Notes: generated by a model from the sequence alone, not told the origin. A stretch of 52,735 bases of DNA from Bacteriovoracaceae bacterium (GCA_018649885.1 JABIHA010000138.1:62001-114735), one strand, 5' to 3'. Positions 1-8,883 are shown, numbered from the stretch's first letter. Numbers and translations: made by a program.

Positions 1-641
1 ATAAATTTGGTTGGGTTATGGCAGGTGATTTGCCTACAGATGATGACTTTAAGAGAATTATTAGAAAAGGCCTTCATGGAACGGCGATGCTTAAGTGGGA
101 TATTGGAGACAAGAGATTAAATGCTGTTATTCAGTACTTAAAAACTTTTGCACCTAAAGTGTGGAAAGGTAGTGATAAAAAAGTCGGCAAATGGGTAGAT
201 ATTGGAGCTGATCCCTACACCATAGCAAGAAAGAGTCATGCCATCGCCAAGGGAGCTGAAGTCTATCACAGCGTAGCTATGTGTCAGACATGTCACAGAG
301 CTTATGGCACAAAAGCTGAGTTAAGCCGCTGGAATCAAAAATATAACGGTGAGCCTTTGACAGAATTCGACCAAGATATGTACAAACTCAAGACACAAGA
401 ATCTGAGTTTGGCGTTAATACCCTTCCGCCGGATTTTACCTGGCATGAGGTGAGATCCGCAGATACTGTAAGCGAGATTGCCCTTAGGGTGGCAGCTGGA
501 GTATCAGGTACAGCAATGCCAGCTTGGAAAGATACCATTGAAGACAATGAAATTTGGGCCGTGTCCTATTACATTCGAAGCTTGATGGATCTTAAACACA
601 CCCCTGGTAGGGCCTCTCTCATGAGGAAGCTGGAGAACTAA
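1..641 (+). CDS. c-type cytochrome, 5'-truncated by the window edge; part of a cytochrome c oxidase-associated cluster
   Basis: Frame is open upstream of the ATG at 18 (KFGWVMAGDLPTDDD). CxxCH motif CQTCH; two cytochrome c-type GTAM(L/P)xW segments; followed by SCO and Cox IV-like genes. Confidence 0.8.
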   Translation, partial: KFGWVMAGDLPTDDDFKRIIRKGLHGTAMLKWDIGDKRLNAVIQYLKTFAPKVWKGSDKKVGKWVDIGADPYTIARKSHAIAKGAEVYHSVAMCQTCHRAYGTKAELSRWNQKYNGEPLTEFDQDMYKLKTQESEFGVNTLPPDFTWHEVRSADTVSEIALRVAAGVSGTAMPAWKDTIEDNEIWAVSYYIRSLMDLKHTPGRASLMRKLEN

Positions 642-644
642 AAA

Positions 645-1292
645 ATGGAATTAAGTGCAGGAAAAATTCGCCAAGATAATAAATTGCAAAAAGTTTTGGC
701 CAGTAAGTGGTTTTGGGTTCTCTCAATTTGCTTTTTATTTTCCTATCCTCTTATAAGGGCGGTTAATAGAGAGCTTCCTCCACCCAGACCAACCCTATAT
801 CAAGTTCCAGAGTTTACACTTAAAAATGAGATGAATAAGCCTTTTGGTTCAAAAGATCTTAAAGGCAAGGTATACGTGGCCAGTTTTTTCTTCACAAGTT
901 GTTCTGCCACTTGTCCAAAACTTATGGCCAAGATGCAAAAAATCCAAAAAAGAGTTAGAGGTTTAAGACAAACCATTGCTCTTGTTTCTTTTACTGTTGA
1001 TCCAGAAGAAGATTCACCAGAAAAACTTTTTAAGTTTTCAAGAAAGTACAAGGCCAATCCCTATATTTGGCGTTTTTTAACTGGTGAACGAGAAGTTTTA
1101 ACGAAGCTTTTGGTAAAAGGTTTTAAGGTTCCCATGAGCGGAGTAAAAGATCCTGACATTGTTGATTTGGCCCACACTGAAAAGTTTGTCCTTGTTGATA
1201 AAGTTGGCGGGATAAAGGGTTATTATGGAACTGATCAAAGCGGTATTGATAGAATGATGATTGATATTGGGTTACTTGCTAATGGAATTTAA
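645..1292 (+). CDS. SCO1/SenC family copper chaperone
   Basis: N-terminal TM helix, FFTSCSATCP (CxxxC), SFTVDPEED, distal His in AHTEKFVLVD. Confidence 0.92.
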   Translation: MELSAGKIRQDNKLQKVLASKWFWVLSICFLFSYPLIRAVNRELPPPRPTLYQVPEFTLKNEMNKPFGSKDLKGKVYVASFFFTSCSATCPKLMAKMQKIQKRVRGLRQTIALVSFTVDPEEDSPEKLFKFSRKYKANPYIWRFLTGEREVLTKLLVKGFKVPMSGVKDPDIVDLAHTEKFVLVDKVGGIKGYYGTDQSGIDRMMIDIGLLANGI

Positions 1293-1341
1293 ATTAGGCC
1301 CAAGATAGTTATAGCAATGGATTGTAAATTAGGAGTGAGCA

Positions 1342-1629
1342 GTGAGTGATCAAACAGAGCATAAGAGTCATAAGAAAGAATATTTCCTAGTCTTTTTGGC
1401 CCTTGGTGTACTGACTTTAATTGAACTTTTTATCCCTGGTACTAAAGGTCTTTCTACCTTTGCCAAGGGAAGCGCTCTGACTTTTTTAGCAGTTGGAAAG
1501 GCATGTCTTGTTGCCTATTTTTATATGCACCTAAAAGATGAGACAAGGTATATGAAATACCTTGCAATGGTTCCCATTTCTGCAGCTTTTTATGCTGTAG
1601 TCGTTGTCTTAGAATCAATGTTTCGCTAA
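1342..1629 (+). CDS. Cytochrome c oxidase subunit IV family protein
   Basis: Three TM helices, YFLVFLALGVLTLIE and KACLVAYFYMHLKDE motifs; AGGAG RBS upstream. Confidence 0.85.
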   Translation: MSDQTEHKSHKKEYFLVFLALGVLTLIELFIPGTKGLSTFAKGSALTFLAVGKACLVAYFYMHLKDETRYMKYLAMVPISAAFYAVVVVLESMFR

Positions 1630-1647
1630 TAATCGAGGTTTTTTACC

Positions 1648-1824
1648 ATGGCAGGAAAGCAACACCCCACATCACTGGCCAGCAGATCTATAGAAGATCT
1701 TGTTCATTACAAACCAGACCAATTTAAGTTTCCTACTTGGGGAGCGGTTATTGTATTGATCGCAGCTTTTATAATCTTAAAAATGTTTATTTATATAAAA
1801 GACTCTAAAAGGCATGGGAAATAA
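1648..1824 (+). CDS. Small single-pass membrane protein, 58 aa (not in the ORF track)
   Basis: GAGG RBS; MAGKQHPTSLASRSIEDLVHYKPDQFKFPTWGAVIVLIAAFIILKMFIYIKDSKRHGK; one hydrophobic helix and a basic tail; fills the gap up to the convergent gene. Confidence 0.65.
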   Translation: MAGKQHPTSLASRSIEDLVHYKPDQFKFPTWGAVIVLIAAFIILKMFIYIKDSKRHGK

Positions 1825-1825
1825 T

Positions 1826-2950
1826 TTATTGACTGAGCTTTTCTTGCTCGTCTGTGCTGGCTTTACGCTCTTTTTTTAACGAGAGTTCCATTTCGCTGAT
1901 TTTTAATTTGAACTCACCGCATATTTCTAAAAACTGATCGATTTCTTTTTTACTAGGTCCTGTGGGTTTTAAATTGGGCCCAACACTTTTAGTTTGAAGC
2001 TTCGATAGTATTGTCCACAAGATAGTTGAAAATAAGAGGAGCCCAAAGAAGAGCTTACCTAGTTGAGCAAGATCATTTCCTCTGGTGCTGGCCGTGGTGC
2101 TTGGAAAATATCCAGTAGATAGTAAAAATTTCTTTTTAAAAAATTGAAAAGTTAAAAATGAATGATGGAGAGCGTGCTCACCTTCGCCGCCAACTTGAAT
2201 AAAATATCTATCTTCACTATCAAGTAATTTAGAAAAGGCCGGTGTTCCCAGAACTATTGGTCTAATGCTGTCTATCGGAGTCAGCTTTGAGTGTTTTATG
2301 TGGTAAATATGAGAAAAGCTAAGACCGTTTTCAAATTCACTTTGGGTCAATAGTTTATTAAAATAATTTTCTCCTAATTCAAAAATCAAGACCCCAGTGG
2401 TATTTTTTGTGTTTTTTATGGGAACGCCAATAAAAAGAGATGATGAAGAATCTTTTCTAGCGCTATCTATATAGAGTCCACTTTTTTTAACTTTTTCCAT
2501 AATAGTATTGAATAGTACGCCCAATGAGCCTGTTCGCTTTAATAGCTGTTTATCTAAAAAGAGGTTTTCTTTGTTAGTGCCAATTACTTCTTTAGTTTTA
2601 AATTTAATCATATAAATATTTTTTAGGGAGTTTGTTTGTCTGGACTTTTGAAGTCTACCATAGGCTAAACGCTCACGAGCTACCACCTCTTCCATTTCAC
2701 CACTTTCACTAATACTTACAACCCAAGGCTGACGAGACAGTGCAACTAAACTTTTGACTGTGAGTGATAGCCTTTTTTGAACTAGGTTGGCCTTGTTTCG
2801 ATTAAGATCATTCAGGGTCGTTTTAATTTGGATAGAATATATATCGTGAATTTTTTGATAACTGTGCGCGAGTAATATAGTTAGTGGAATACTGATAATC
2901 AGTAGACCTTGGAAATATCTATTTTTTAAGATTTTAATCACTATCACCAA
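1826..2950 (-). CDS. Membrane-anchored periplasmic sensor-like (Cache-like) protein with no output domain
   Basis: Two TM segments flanking about 270 aa containing LFIGVPIK...TGVLIFEL (Cache-like strands); short coiled-coil C-terminus; start codon uncertain. Confidence 0.55.
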   Translation of the reverse strand: MVIVIKILKNRYFQGLLIISIPLTILLAHSYQKIHDIYSIQIKTTLNDLNRNKANLVQKRLSLTVKSLVALSRQPWVVSISESGEMEEVVARERLAYGRLQKSRQTNSLKNIYMIKFKTKEVIGTNKENLFLDKQLLKRTGSLGVLFNTIMEKVKKSGLYIDSARKDSSSSLFIGVPIKNTKNTTGVLIFELGENYFNKLLTQSEFENGLSFSHIYHIKHSKLTPIDSIRPIVLGTPAFSKLLDSEDRYFIQVGGEGEHALHHSFLTFQFFKKKFLLSTGYFPSTTASTRGNDLAQLGKLFFGLLLFSTILWTILSKLQTKSVGPNLKPTGPSKKEIDQFLEICGEFKLKISEMELSLKKERKASTDEQEKLSQ

Positions 2951-2961
2951 CTCTATATAGT

Positions 2962-3066
2962 TATACTGATCCCAGTTTGAATTTCAAGTGGCGTATTCCT
3001 CGTCGGAGTGTGCTACACGCCTTTCTCGTCATCCACTCACTTGAAATCCAAACTGGAATCAGTATA
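2962..3066. mobile_element. 105-bp palindromic MITE-like element
   Basis: 29-bp terminal inverted repeats TATACTGATCCCAGTTTGAATTTCAAGTG (2962-2990) and CACTTGAAATCCAAACTGGAATCAGTATA (3038-3066), 2 mismatches; TA at both ends. Confidence 0.6.
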
Positions 3067-3068
3067 GT

Positions 3069-3096
3069 TTATCGGAGCCAGCTGAATGAGAATTTA
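3069..3096 (-). promoter_or_regulatory. Putative sigma28 (FliA)-type promoter for the Cache-like gene
   Basis: Minus strand TAAA-N16-TCCGATAA versus consensus TAAA-N15-GCCGATAA. Confidence 0.35.
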
Positions 3097-3117
3097 TTAA
3101 ACCTGAGGGAGAGCTAC

Positions 3118-3570
3118 CTAATGAGAAAGTTGTTCGCCCTTAAAGTCGTGATCTGAATAGACGATTCTGTCGTGCATTTCGTGGTTAAAGCCACTAATAG
3201 ATGCCAGGTTGCCTACTTTTCTAAATATTGTCCCGCATTTATAGCAGATAACAATAGAACCGAGCTTTTTAAAAAGTAGGAGATCAAAAAGATAGAGTAT
3301 GATGAAGCTGATCCCATAAGTCCAAATTGAAGCAATTGCCGCAAGAACAAAAAGGGTGACGCCAATTTTTCGGTTAAAGTCTTTTTGTTTGTAAAAATCT
3401 TGTCTTTCACAAAGAGGGCAACATAGTAGATTTCCTTTTTCATGATCGGCATTAAACTTCACATTGGTTTCGTGAGAGCAGATACTACACTTGGCAATAT
3501 CACCAGTTGCATCCGGGTGTACATGGACTGCTGATCCACATTCACTGCATGTAATTGTAACTTCCATCAT
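3118..3570 (-). CDS. Zinc-ribbon membrane protein, hypothetical
   Basis: Four CxxC pairs (CSEC, CSIC, CPLC, CYKC) around a two-helix membrane hairpin; overlaps the upstream stop codon. Confidence 0.75.
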   Translation of the reverse strand: MMEVTITCSECGSAVHVHPDATGDIAKCSICSHETNVKFNADHEKGNLLCCPLCERQDFYKQKDFNRKIGVTLFVLAAIASIWTYGISFIILYLFDLLLFKKLGSIVICYKCGTIFRKVGNLASISGFNHEMHDRIVYSDHDFKGEQLSH

Positions 3571-4337
3571 AATAACAACCCATGTTCAAAATAAAGATAA
3601 GTCGAGATGATCTCGGCAATATAGACAAAGAACACCATCACATAAAAAATGCCTGTAGCACTTTGTATGTCTCTCATCTTTACAAGTTTCCAACCAAAAT
3701 AACTTAATACCAGTAGGATGAGGTATCCCCAAACAACTCGCATTATTAACATAATCCAATTAAAAGAATATCCACTGCCGAGAATTGTCCCCTCAGTAAA
3801 AAAGTCCATTTTATCAAATGCACCGAAACTCGTTGCTGTGAGCTTTAACAATAAAAGTGGCCAAAATATGAGAAGCCCTTTTAGAAGCGGTTTATTGCTA
3901 AGCTTAGGAGTTACTAGGTACCAGTGACCAAGTATCATCACATAGTGAACAACGCCCAGGTAGAGCATACTTGAAAAGTAAAAAAGAAAAGGAACTAGTT
4001 TTTGATCCACCAGAAAGTAAGCACAAAGGGTGTGGGTGACCCCCGAAAGGGTATAGATGGTCCACATCAAAATAGACTTTCCATCGCGGTGGAAAAAATA
4101 GGTGATGATTTGGAGAATGATTGTCCCAATGATTAGTAGAGTGAGTGCTTGGTAGAATGACTCGCCTGATGTTAAAAAAGTTATCAAGGCAACAATCATG
4201 GACGTTGCTGAAATTGTGCTGAGGACTCTAATAAGTCCAGCTCCCGTATTCTTAGAATTTGCTAGGATTGAAAATAGCGTAGAGCCAAAGCTGATACTCA
4301 GAAGAAAAAATATGGCAACTTGTCCTATTGATCCCAA
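3567..4337 (-). CDS. Polytopic membrane protein, hypothetical (about 8 TM)
   Basis: Highly hydrophobic; conserved-looking MILGHWYLVTPKL and QSATGIFYV motifs. Confidence 0.75.
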   Translation of the reverse strand: MGSIGQVAIFFLLSISFGSTLFSILANSKNTGAGLIRVLSTISATSMIVALITFLTSGESFYQALTLLIIGTIILQIITYFFHRDGKSILMWTIYTLSGVTHTLCAYFLVDQKLVPFLFYFSSMLYLGVVHYVMILGHWYLVTPKLSNKPLLKGLLIFWPLLLLKLTATSFGAFDKMDFFTEGTILGSGYSFNWIMLIMRVVWGYLILLVLSYFGWKLVKMRDIQSATGIFYVMVFFVYIAEIISTYLYFEHGLLL

Positions 4338-4753
4338 AACTGCTCTCTTTTTTTCGAATTAAATTCTTTTAAATCCTCAAGGATTTGTACATTGGCCTTT
4401 GGGATATGTATCTCAAAATTGTTAAGGGGGCTCCACATTCCTTTGGTCTCTAAATTTTGAAACTCTTGCTGGTTTGCCTCTGTGAGAAAGACCTAGAGGG
4501 CCACTTTTCTATCGCTGTATTCATGGTTGTATTTTTTAAAAAATTTGAGGTTTTGGGTCTTGAGACCTGTTTCTTCTGCTAGCTCTCTGCGCGCCGCGGA
4601 TTCGGCTGACTCCAAGGATCTTATTTTCCCGCCCGGAAATTCCCACATGCCATCAAGAGGGCCATTTTCCTCTCTTTTTTGGATAAAGGCCTGGCATTCA
4701 CTTCCCGTGGGGTCCTTCAGGACTATGCTAACTGCTACATTTATTGTTTTCAC
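4325..4753 (-). pseudogene. mutT: MutT-like Nudix hydrolase interrupted by an in-frame TAG at 4493-4495
   Basis: WEFPGGK plus Nudix box (RELAEETG). The frame continues past TAG as VFLTEANQQ...HIPKANVQILEDL to a stop at 4325, giving a MutT-sized 142-codon frame with the P-x-A-N C-terminal motif. Confidence 0.75.
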
Positions 4754-4899
4754 AAGCTAACTTGTATCACATTTTTTCAAGCATTCTCAATATCAATAAC
4801 TTACAACGCTCTGCATGTTCATCACTAATTTAAATAGGCCTTTTCTAGCCTTATTTGATGAAATGTTGTATAGTGAACCCTAAAAACCGTGGGATATAT

Positions 4900-5235
4900 A
4901 TGAGCGAGCAAATTGTAACTTTGACTGAGAAAGCGATTGAGAGAATAGCCCAAATTGTGGCAGCTGAAAGTCCGGCTGAGGGCAAAGGTCTTAGGCTTGG
5001 TGTTGTTGGTGGAGGCTGCTCAGGCCTTAGCTACAAGATTGAATTTAGCGAAATTAAAGACAATGATTTCTCTATTAAGCTTGAAGGTATTCAAATATTA
5101 ATCGATCCTAAGTCGGCCATATATCTGAAAGATGTTACCCTTGATTTTCAAGATGGGCTCGAAGGCAAAGGCTTTGTTTTTGAAAATCCCAATGCCAAAA
5201 ATACATGTGGCTGTGGAGAATCCTTTACCGTTTAA
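4900..5235 (+). CDS. iscA: A-type Fe-S carrier (IscA/ErpA/HesB family)
   Basis: GGGCSGLSY and NPNAKNTCGCGESF motifs; start reassigned to ATG 4900. Confidence 0.93.
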   Translation: MSEQIVTLTEKAIERIAQIVAAESPAEGKGLRLGVVGGGCSGLSYKIEFSEIKDNDFSIKLEGIQILIDPKSAIYLKDVTLDFQDGLEGKGFVFENPNAKNTCGCGESFTV

Positions 5236-5241
5236 ATTTAT

Positions 5242-6840
5242 ATGGAACAATTAACTCTTCATCAAAAATGTTGTTATGGTGCCAGGTTTCTTCTTGAAAA
5301 TCAGAAGCTATTCAAAATTTCTGGCACTGACGCAAAGAGATTTCTGCAAGGTCAGATGACTGCAGATATTGATACTCTCGAAACACCAAAGCATGCAATT
5401 CTATCCTCACTTTTAAACTTACAAGGAAAAGTTGAATGCTTTTTTTGGATTTATCGTGAGGATGATTTATACACCGTTTTTGTTTCCAGTGAGCAATCAA
5501 AAAACTTCACTCAGCGTTTAGAAAAATTCATCATAATGGATGACGTTGAAATTGAAAGCACTGAAATAGGAGATTTTCATGTCTTTTTAGGAGCAAAGGG
5601 AATTTTTGCGGAAAAAAGAGATGATTCATTTTACGCGAATTTTTTTGGGCTTCCCGCTCGAATTAGTAAGACTTCCGACTCTTCATGTGAGCAGCTATCT
5701 CAAAGTGAATTGAATTTACTTCACTGGCTTTGTGGATGGCCTGTTTGGGGAGAAAATGTCAGCCCTGATGAATTTGTAAATGAAACAATTCTAGATCCAC
5801 AGGCCATCTCATATAGTAAGGGTTGTTTTCTTGGGCAGGAGACTGCCGCTAAAATCCACAATGGTAGAGGTCCATCCAATTATCCGGTGGTCTTAGAGTT
5901 GGGCTCAGATGGGCTTACTGCTTCAGCTGAGAGCACCCCCTTTTTTATTGGCGGGAAAAAAGCCGGATGTATTTCACACTGCTTTGAATATAGAGGAGTC
6001 CAGTACGCCACGGCTAAAATTTTTAGAAATTACCGAGTTGAAGAAAGTATCCACCAAATTGAGATTGAAGGTGAAAATCACCAGATAAAAGTTCGCTCTC
6101 TTCCTTTGGTAAAAGAAATTCGAGATTTGAGTGAATTTGGTCAATATCTTTTTGAGCTAGCGTCTTTAATTTTTACTGTGAAAGATAATAGACTTCTTGC
6201 CAAAGAAATTCTTGAGTATGCCTTGATGGCCAATCCAAGGGACGCCAATAGCTTTGAGGCGCTTGGGGTGATTTATGGTAAAGAAAAAGATTTCCATAAG
6301 GGAATCGAGTTAATGGATAGGCTTTTAGAGGTTGATCCTGAATCTGTTTTGGCCCATACAAATAAAAGTTTATTCTTAATGAATCTAGGGAAAATCGAGG
6401 AAGCTGAAGCTGAGAAGGCCCAGGCTACACTCAAGTCTTTTGCCATGTATGGTAAAGATGCACAAACTGCGAAAGAAAAAGAGCTAAGAGAGCTTGAAGA
6501 AAAAGAAAGTAGAGAAAAGAGAAGGCAAATGTTCATGCAGGTTCTTGAGTTAGATCCAAATGATGAAATGGCCAATTGTGGTCTTGGAGAAATTGCTTTA
6601 ATTGATGGCGAGCCTGAGAAGGCCTGCGAATACTTTCAAAATATAATTCGAACAAATGAAAAATACTCACAGGCCTATATGGGGCTGGGGGAAGCATTGA
6701 TTGCTATGAATGAGTGGGAAGATGCTAAATCAGTCCTTACCACAGGGATAGGAATTGCTGCTGAAAAAGGTGAACTGATGCCAGCAGGGAAGATGCAGGC
6801 GAAGTTAAAATCATTAAATGAAAATGGAGTGGTATCTTGA
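5242..6840 (+). CDS. ygfZ: YgfZ/IBA57 folate-binding Fe-S maturation protein with C-terminal TPR repeats
   Basis: GTDAKRFLQGQMT and SYSKGCFLGQE signatures; C-terminal TPR-like helices (ALMANPRD, LLEVDPES, VLELDPND). Confidence 0.88.
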   Translation: MEQLTLHQKCCYGARFLLENQKLFKISGTDAKRFLQGQMTADIDTLETPKHAILSSLLNLQGKVECFFWIYREDDLYTVFVSSEQSKNFTQRLEKFIIMDDVEIESTEIGDFHVFLGAKGIFAEKRDDSFYANFFGLPARISKTSDSSCEQLSQSELNLLHWLCGWPVWGENVSPDEFVNETILDPQAISYSKGCFLGQETAAKIHNGRGPSNYPVVLELGSDGLTASAESTPFFIGGKKAGCISHCFEYRGVQYATAKIFRNYRVEESIHQIEIEGENHQIKVRSLPLVKEIRDLSEFGQYLFELASLIFTVKDNRLLAKEILEYALMANPRDANSFEALGVIYGKEKDFHKGIELMDRLLEVDPESVLAHTNKSLFLMNLGKIEEAEAEKAQATLKSFAMYGKDAQTAKEKELRELEEKESREKRRQMFMQVLELDPNDEMANCGLGEIALIDGEPEKACEYFQNIIRTNEKYSQAYMGLGEALIAMNEWEDAKSVLTTGIGIAAEKGELMPAGKMQAKLKSLNENGVVS

Positions 6841-7118
6841 ACAAAATCGAAGAAGTAGAGAAGCTTATTAAAGAAGGCCTTCCTGATGCATATATCGAAA
6901 CGATGGATCTGGCGGGTAATGTAGAAAATCTTCATTTGGGGATTTTTGTGGCTAGCAATACATTTTCTGGAAAAATGCTTATTGAACAACATCAAGTTGT
7001 CATGGATATTTTGAAAGAGAAGTTGGATTCAAATGAAGTACATGCAGTAAAATTAAAAACAATGACACTTGATAAATACCATAAATTATTAAAAGACAAA
7101 GGAGCGACAAATGAGTGA
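6837..7118 (+). CDS. bolA: BolA/IbaG family protein
   Basis: VASNTFSGKMLIEQHQVV and EVHAVKLKT motifs; adjacent to grxD. Confidence 0.88.
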   Translation: MNKIEEVEKLIKEGLPDAYIETMDLAGNVENLHLGIFVASNTFSGKMLIEQHQVVMDILKEKLDSNEVHAVKLKTMTLDKYHKLLKDKGATNE

Positions 7119-7515
7119 TGAAAATCCATTTAATATTTTAGGCAATACAGAGGTCCCTAAATTTGGAACACCTATTGTAGAGCAAGGCACAACAGAAGAC
7201 CTTGGTGAAAGAATTAAGGCCATCATTTCTTCTTCAGACACTATGTTATTCATGAAAGGTACACCTGACTTTCCTCAATGTGGTTTTTCGGCCAACACTG
7301 TGGCAATGCTAAACCACCTTGGAGTGACCTATAAGACTTTTGATATTTTATCAGACATGTCAATTAGAGAGGGTGTTAAAGCTTATTCTAACTGGCCTAC
7401 TTATCCGCAGCTTTATTTTAAAGAAAAGCTTGTGGGAGGAAATGATATTCTAACTGAAATGTTTCAAGACGGTGATCTTCTCGAGCTTCTAAAACCTGCA
7501 GGGGATAATGCGTGA
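7111..7515 (+). CDS. grxD: Monothiol glutaredoxin (Grx4)
   Basis: MKGTPDFPQCGFS, YSNWPTYPQLY, GGND. Confidence 0.95.
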   Translation: MSDENPFNILGNTEVPKFGTPIVEQGTTEDLGERIKAIISSSDTMLFMKGTPDFPQCGFSANTVAMLNHLGVTYKTFDILSDMSIREGVKAYSNWPTYPQLYFKEKLVGGNDILTEMFQDGDLLELLKPAGDNA

Positions 7516-7859
7516 GCCTAACTTATTTTCACAATCCAAGATGCTCTAAGTCCCGGCAGGGTCTTGAGCTTCTTAGTGAAAGTGGTAAAGATTTTGAAAT
7601 TGTTGAGTATTTGAAGTCTGGTGTCTCTTTGATTCAAATTGATGAACTTTTAGAAAAGCTTACAACTGAGCCTCGCACCCTTGTGAGGATTAAAGAAGAT
7701 GCATTTAAAGATCTAAATATAGGGTCATCTGAGTTAACAAAAGAGAAGATTAGAGAGATTATTTCGGCAAATCCTTCTCTTTTAGAGCGACCCATATTGG
7801 TTAATGAGAAAAAAGCTGTAATTGGGAGACCAACAGAAAATCTAAGTGAGATTCTTTAA
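7512..7859 (+). CDS. ArsC/Spx family protein (YfgD-like)
   Basis: HNPRCSKSR, LLERPI, IGRP motifs. Confidence 0.9.
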   Translation: MSLTYFHNPRCSKSRQGLELLSESGKDFEIVEYLKSGVSLIQIDELLEKLTTEPRTLVRIKEDAFKDLNIGSSELTKEKIREIISANPSLLERPILVNEKKAVIGRPTENLSEIL

Positions 7860-7874
7860 AAAGAGGTCCTAGTT

Positions 7875-8876
7875 GTGAATAGTAAAAGTATGTATCAAAT
7901 GATCATTGTAGGTGCTGGACCCGCCGGAATTGCTATGGCGGTTGAAGCGATTAAGTCTGGAATTCATGCTGATGACATATTGATACTAGAAAAAGAAGAA
8001 AGTCATAACTATCCAGTCCGAAAATTTTATCCTGAAGAAAAACTTGTGATGGCAAGCTACAAAGGCAAGGCAGCTGAATGTCTTGGAGAGCTTTGTATTA
8101 GGGATATGGGCAAGGATGAACTTCTTAGTTATTTTGATGAAATTATTGAGGACAACCATATTCGTGTAAAATACCACGAGCAGGTTAAGTCTATTGACAA
8201 TAAAATTGCAGATCAATATTTTCTTGTGAATACCTACAACACATCTTTTCTCACCAAAACAGTGGTCATGGCCATCGGGATAATGGGTCGTCCCAATAAA
8301 CCAAAATACCCACTCGCCAGTGCTCTAAAAAATCAAATCCACTATGATTTAACTACCCATAAAATTGAAAAAAGCGATGTCTTAGTTGTAGGTGGAGGGG
8401 ATTCTGCTTCTGAATACGCTCAAATTTTGGCGGGTAGAGGAAACCGTGTGTCTCTTTCTTATAGGCAGCCAGAGCTCATTAGAATGAATGAGCGAAATAA
8501 AGCACAAACATTGTCCATGGAAAAAAGTGGAGAAATGAATTTGATTTTGGGTAGCAATATAGAGCGAGTTGATGAGCGTGATGGCATGGCCCATGTTCAT
8601 TTTGCTGAAGATAGCATTGAAAACCGTGAGTTTGATCACATCGTCTACGCCATTGGAGGCTCATCTCCTAGAGAGCTGATGGAATCAATCGGAATTACTT
8701 TGAGCCGAGATGGTGTTAAGGTGAGTGACCACTTTGAATCTGATATTGAAGGCCTTTTTGTGGTCGGTGATATTTCTGCAGGCAAAGGTGGAGGGTCAAT
8801 TAACATGGCCTTTAATAGCTCTAAGTTGGCCCTTAAAGAAATTTGCTACTCCTACCTTGATTGTAACCCAGAATAG
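7875..8876 (+). CDS. Thioredoxin-reductase-fold FAD/NAD(P)-dependent oxidoreductase
   Basis: IIVGAGPAG FAD motif, VVGGGDSA NAD(P) motif, GLFVVGD; no CxxC in the TrxB position, so closer to YpdA/ferredoxin-NADP reductase types. Confidence 0.85.
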   Translation: MNSKSMYQMIIVGAGPAGIAMAVEAIKSGIHADDILILEKEESHNYPVRKFYPEEKLVMASYKGKAAECLGELCIRDMGKDELLSYFDEIIEDNHIRVKYHEQVKSIDNKIADQYFLVNTYNTSFLTKTVVMAIGIMGRPNKPKYPLASALKNQIHYDLTTHKIEKSDVLVVGGGDSASEYAQILAGRGNRVSLSYRQPELIRMNERNKAQTLSMEKSGEMNLILGSNIERVDERDGMAHVHFAEDSIENREFDHIVYAIGGSSPRELMESIGITLSRDGVKVSDHFESDIEGLFVVGDISAGKGGGSINMAFNSSKLALKEICYSYLDCNPE

Positions 8877-8883
8877 CGCCCTT

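Noticed and set aside
4493..4495. Genome-wide TAG recoding or pyrrolysine as the explanation for in-frame amber codons
   Set aside because: Many intact genes end at TAG at the expected family length (8876, 24868, 25787, 52544, and 29996 where the next ATG follows immediately), and no pyl genes are visible
7512..7859. Arsenic-resistance operon linking the ArsC-like gene with the ArsR at 48977
   Set aside because: They are 41 kb apart, no arsB/acr3 is present, and the ArsC-like gene is embedded in the Fe-S operon
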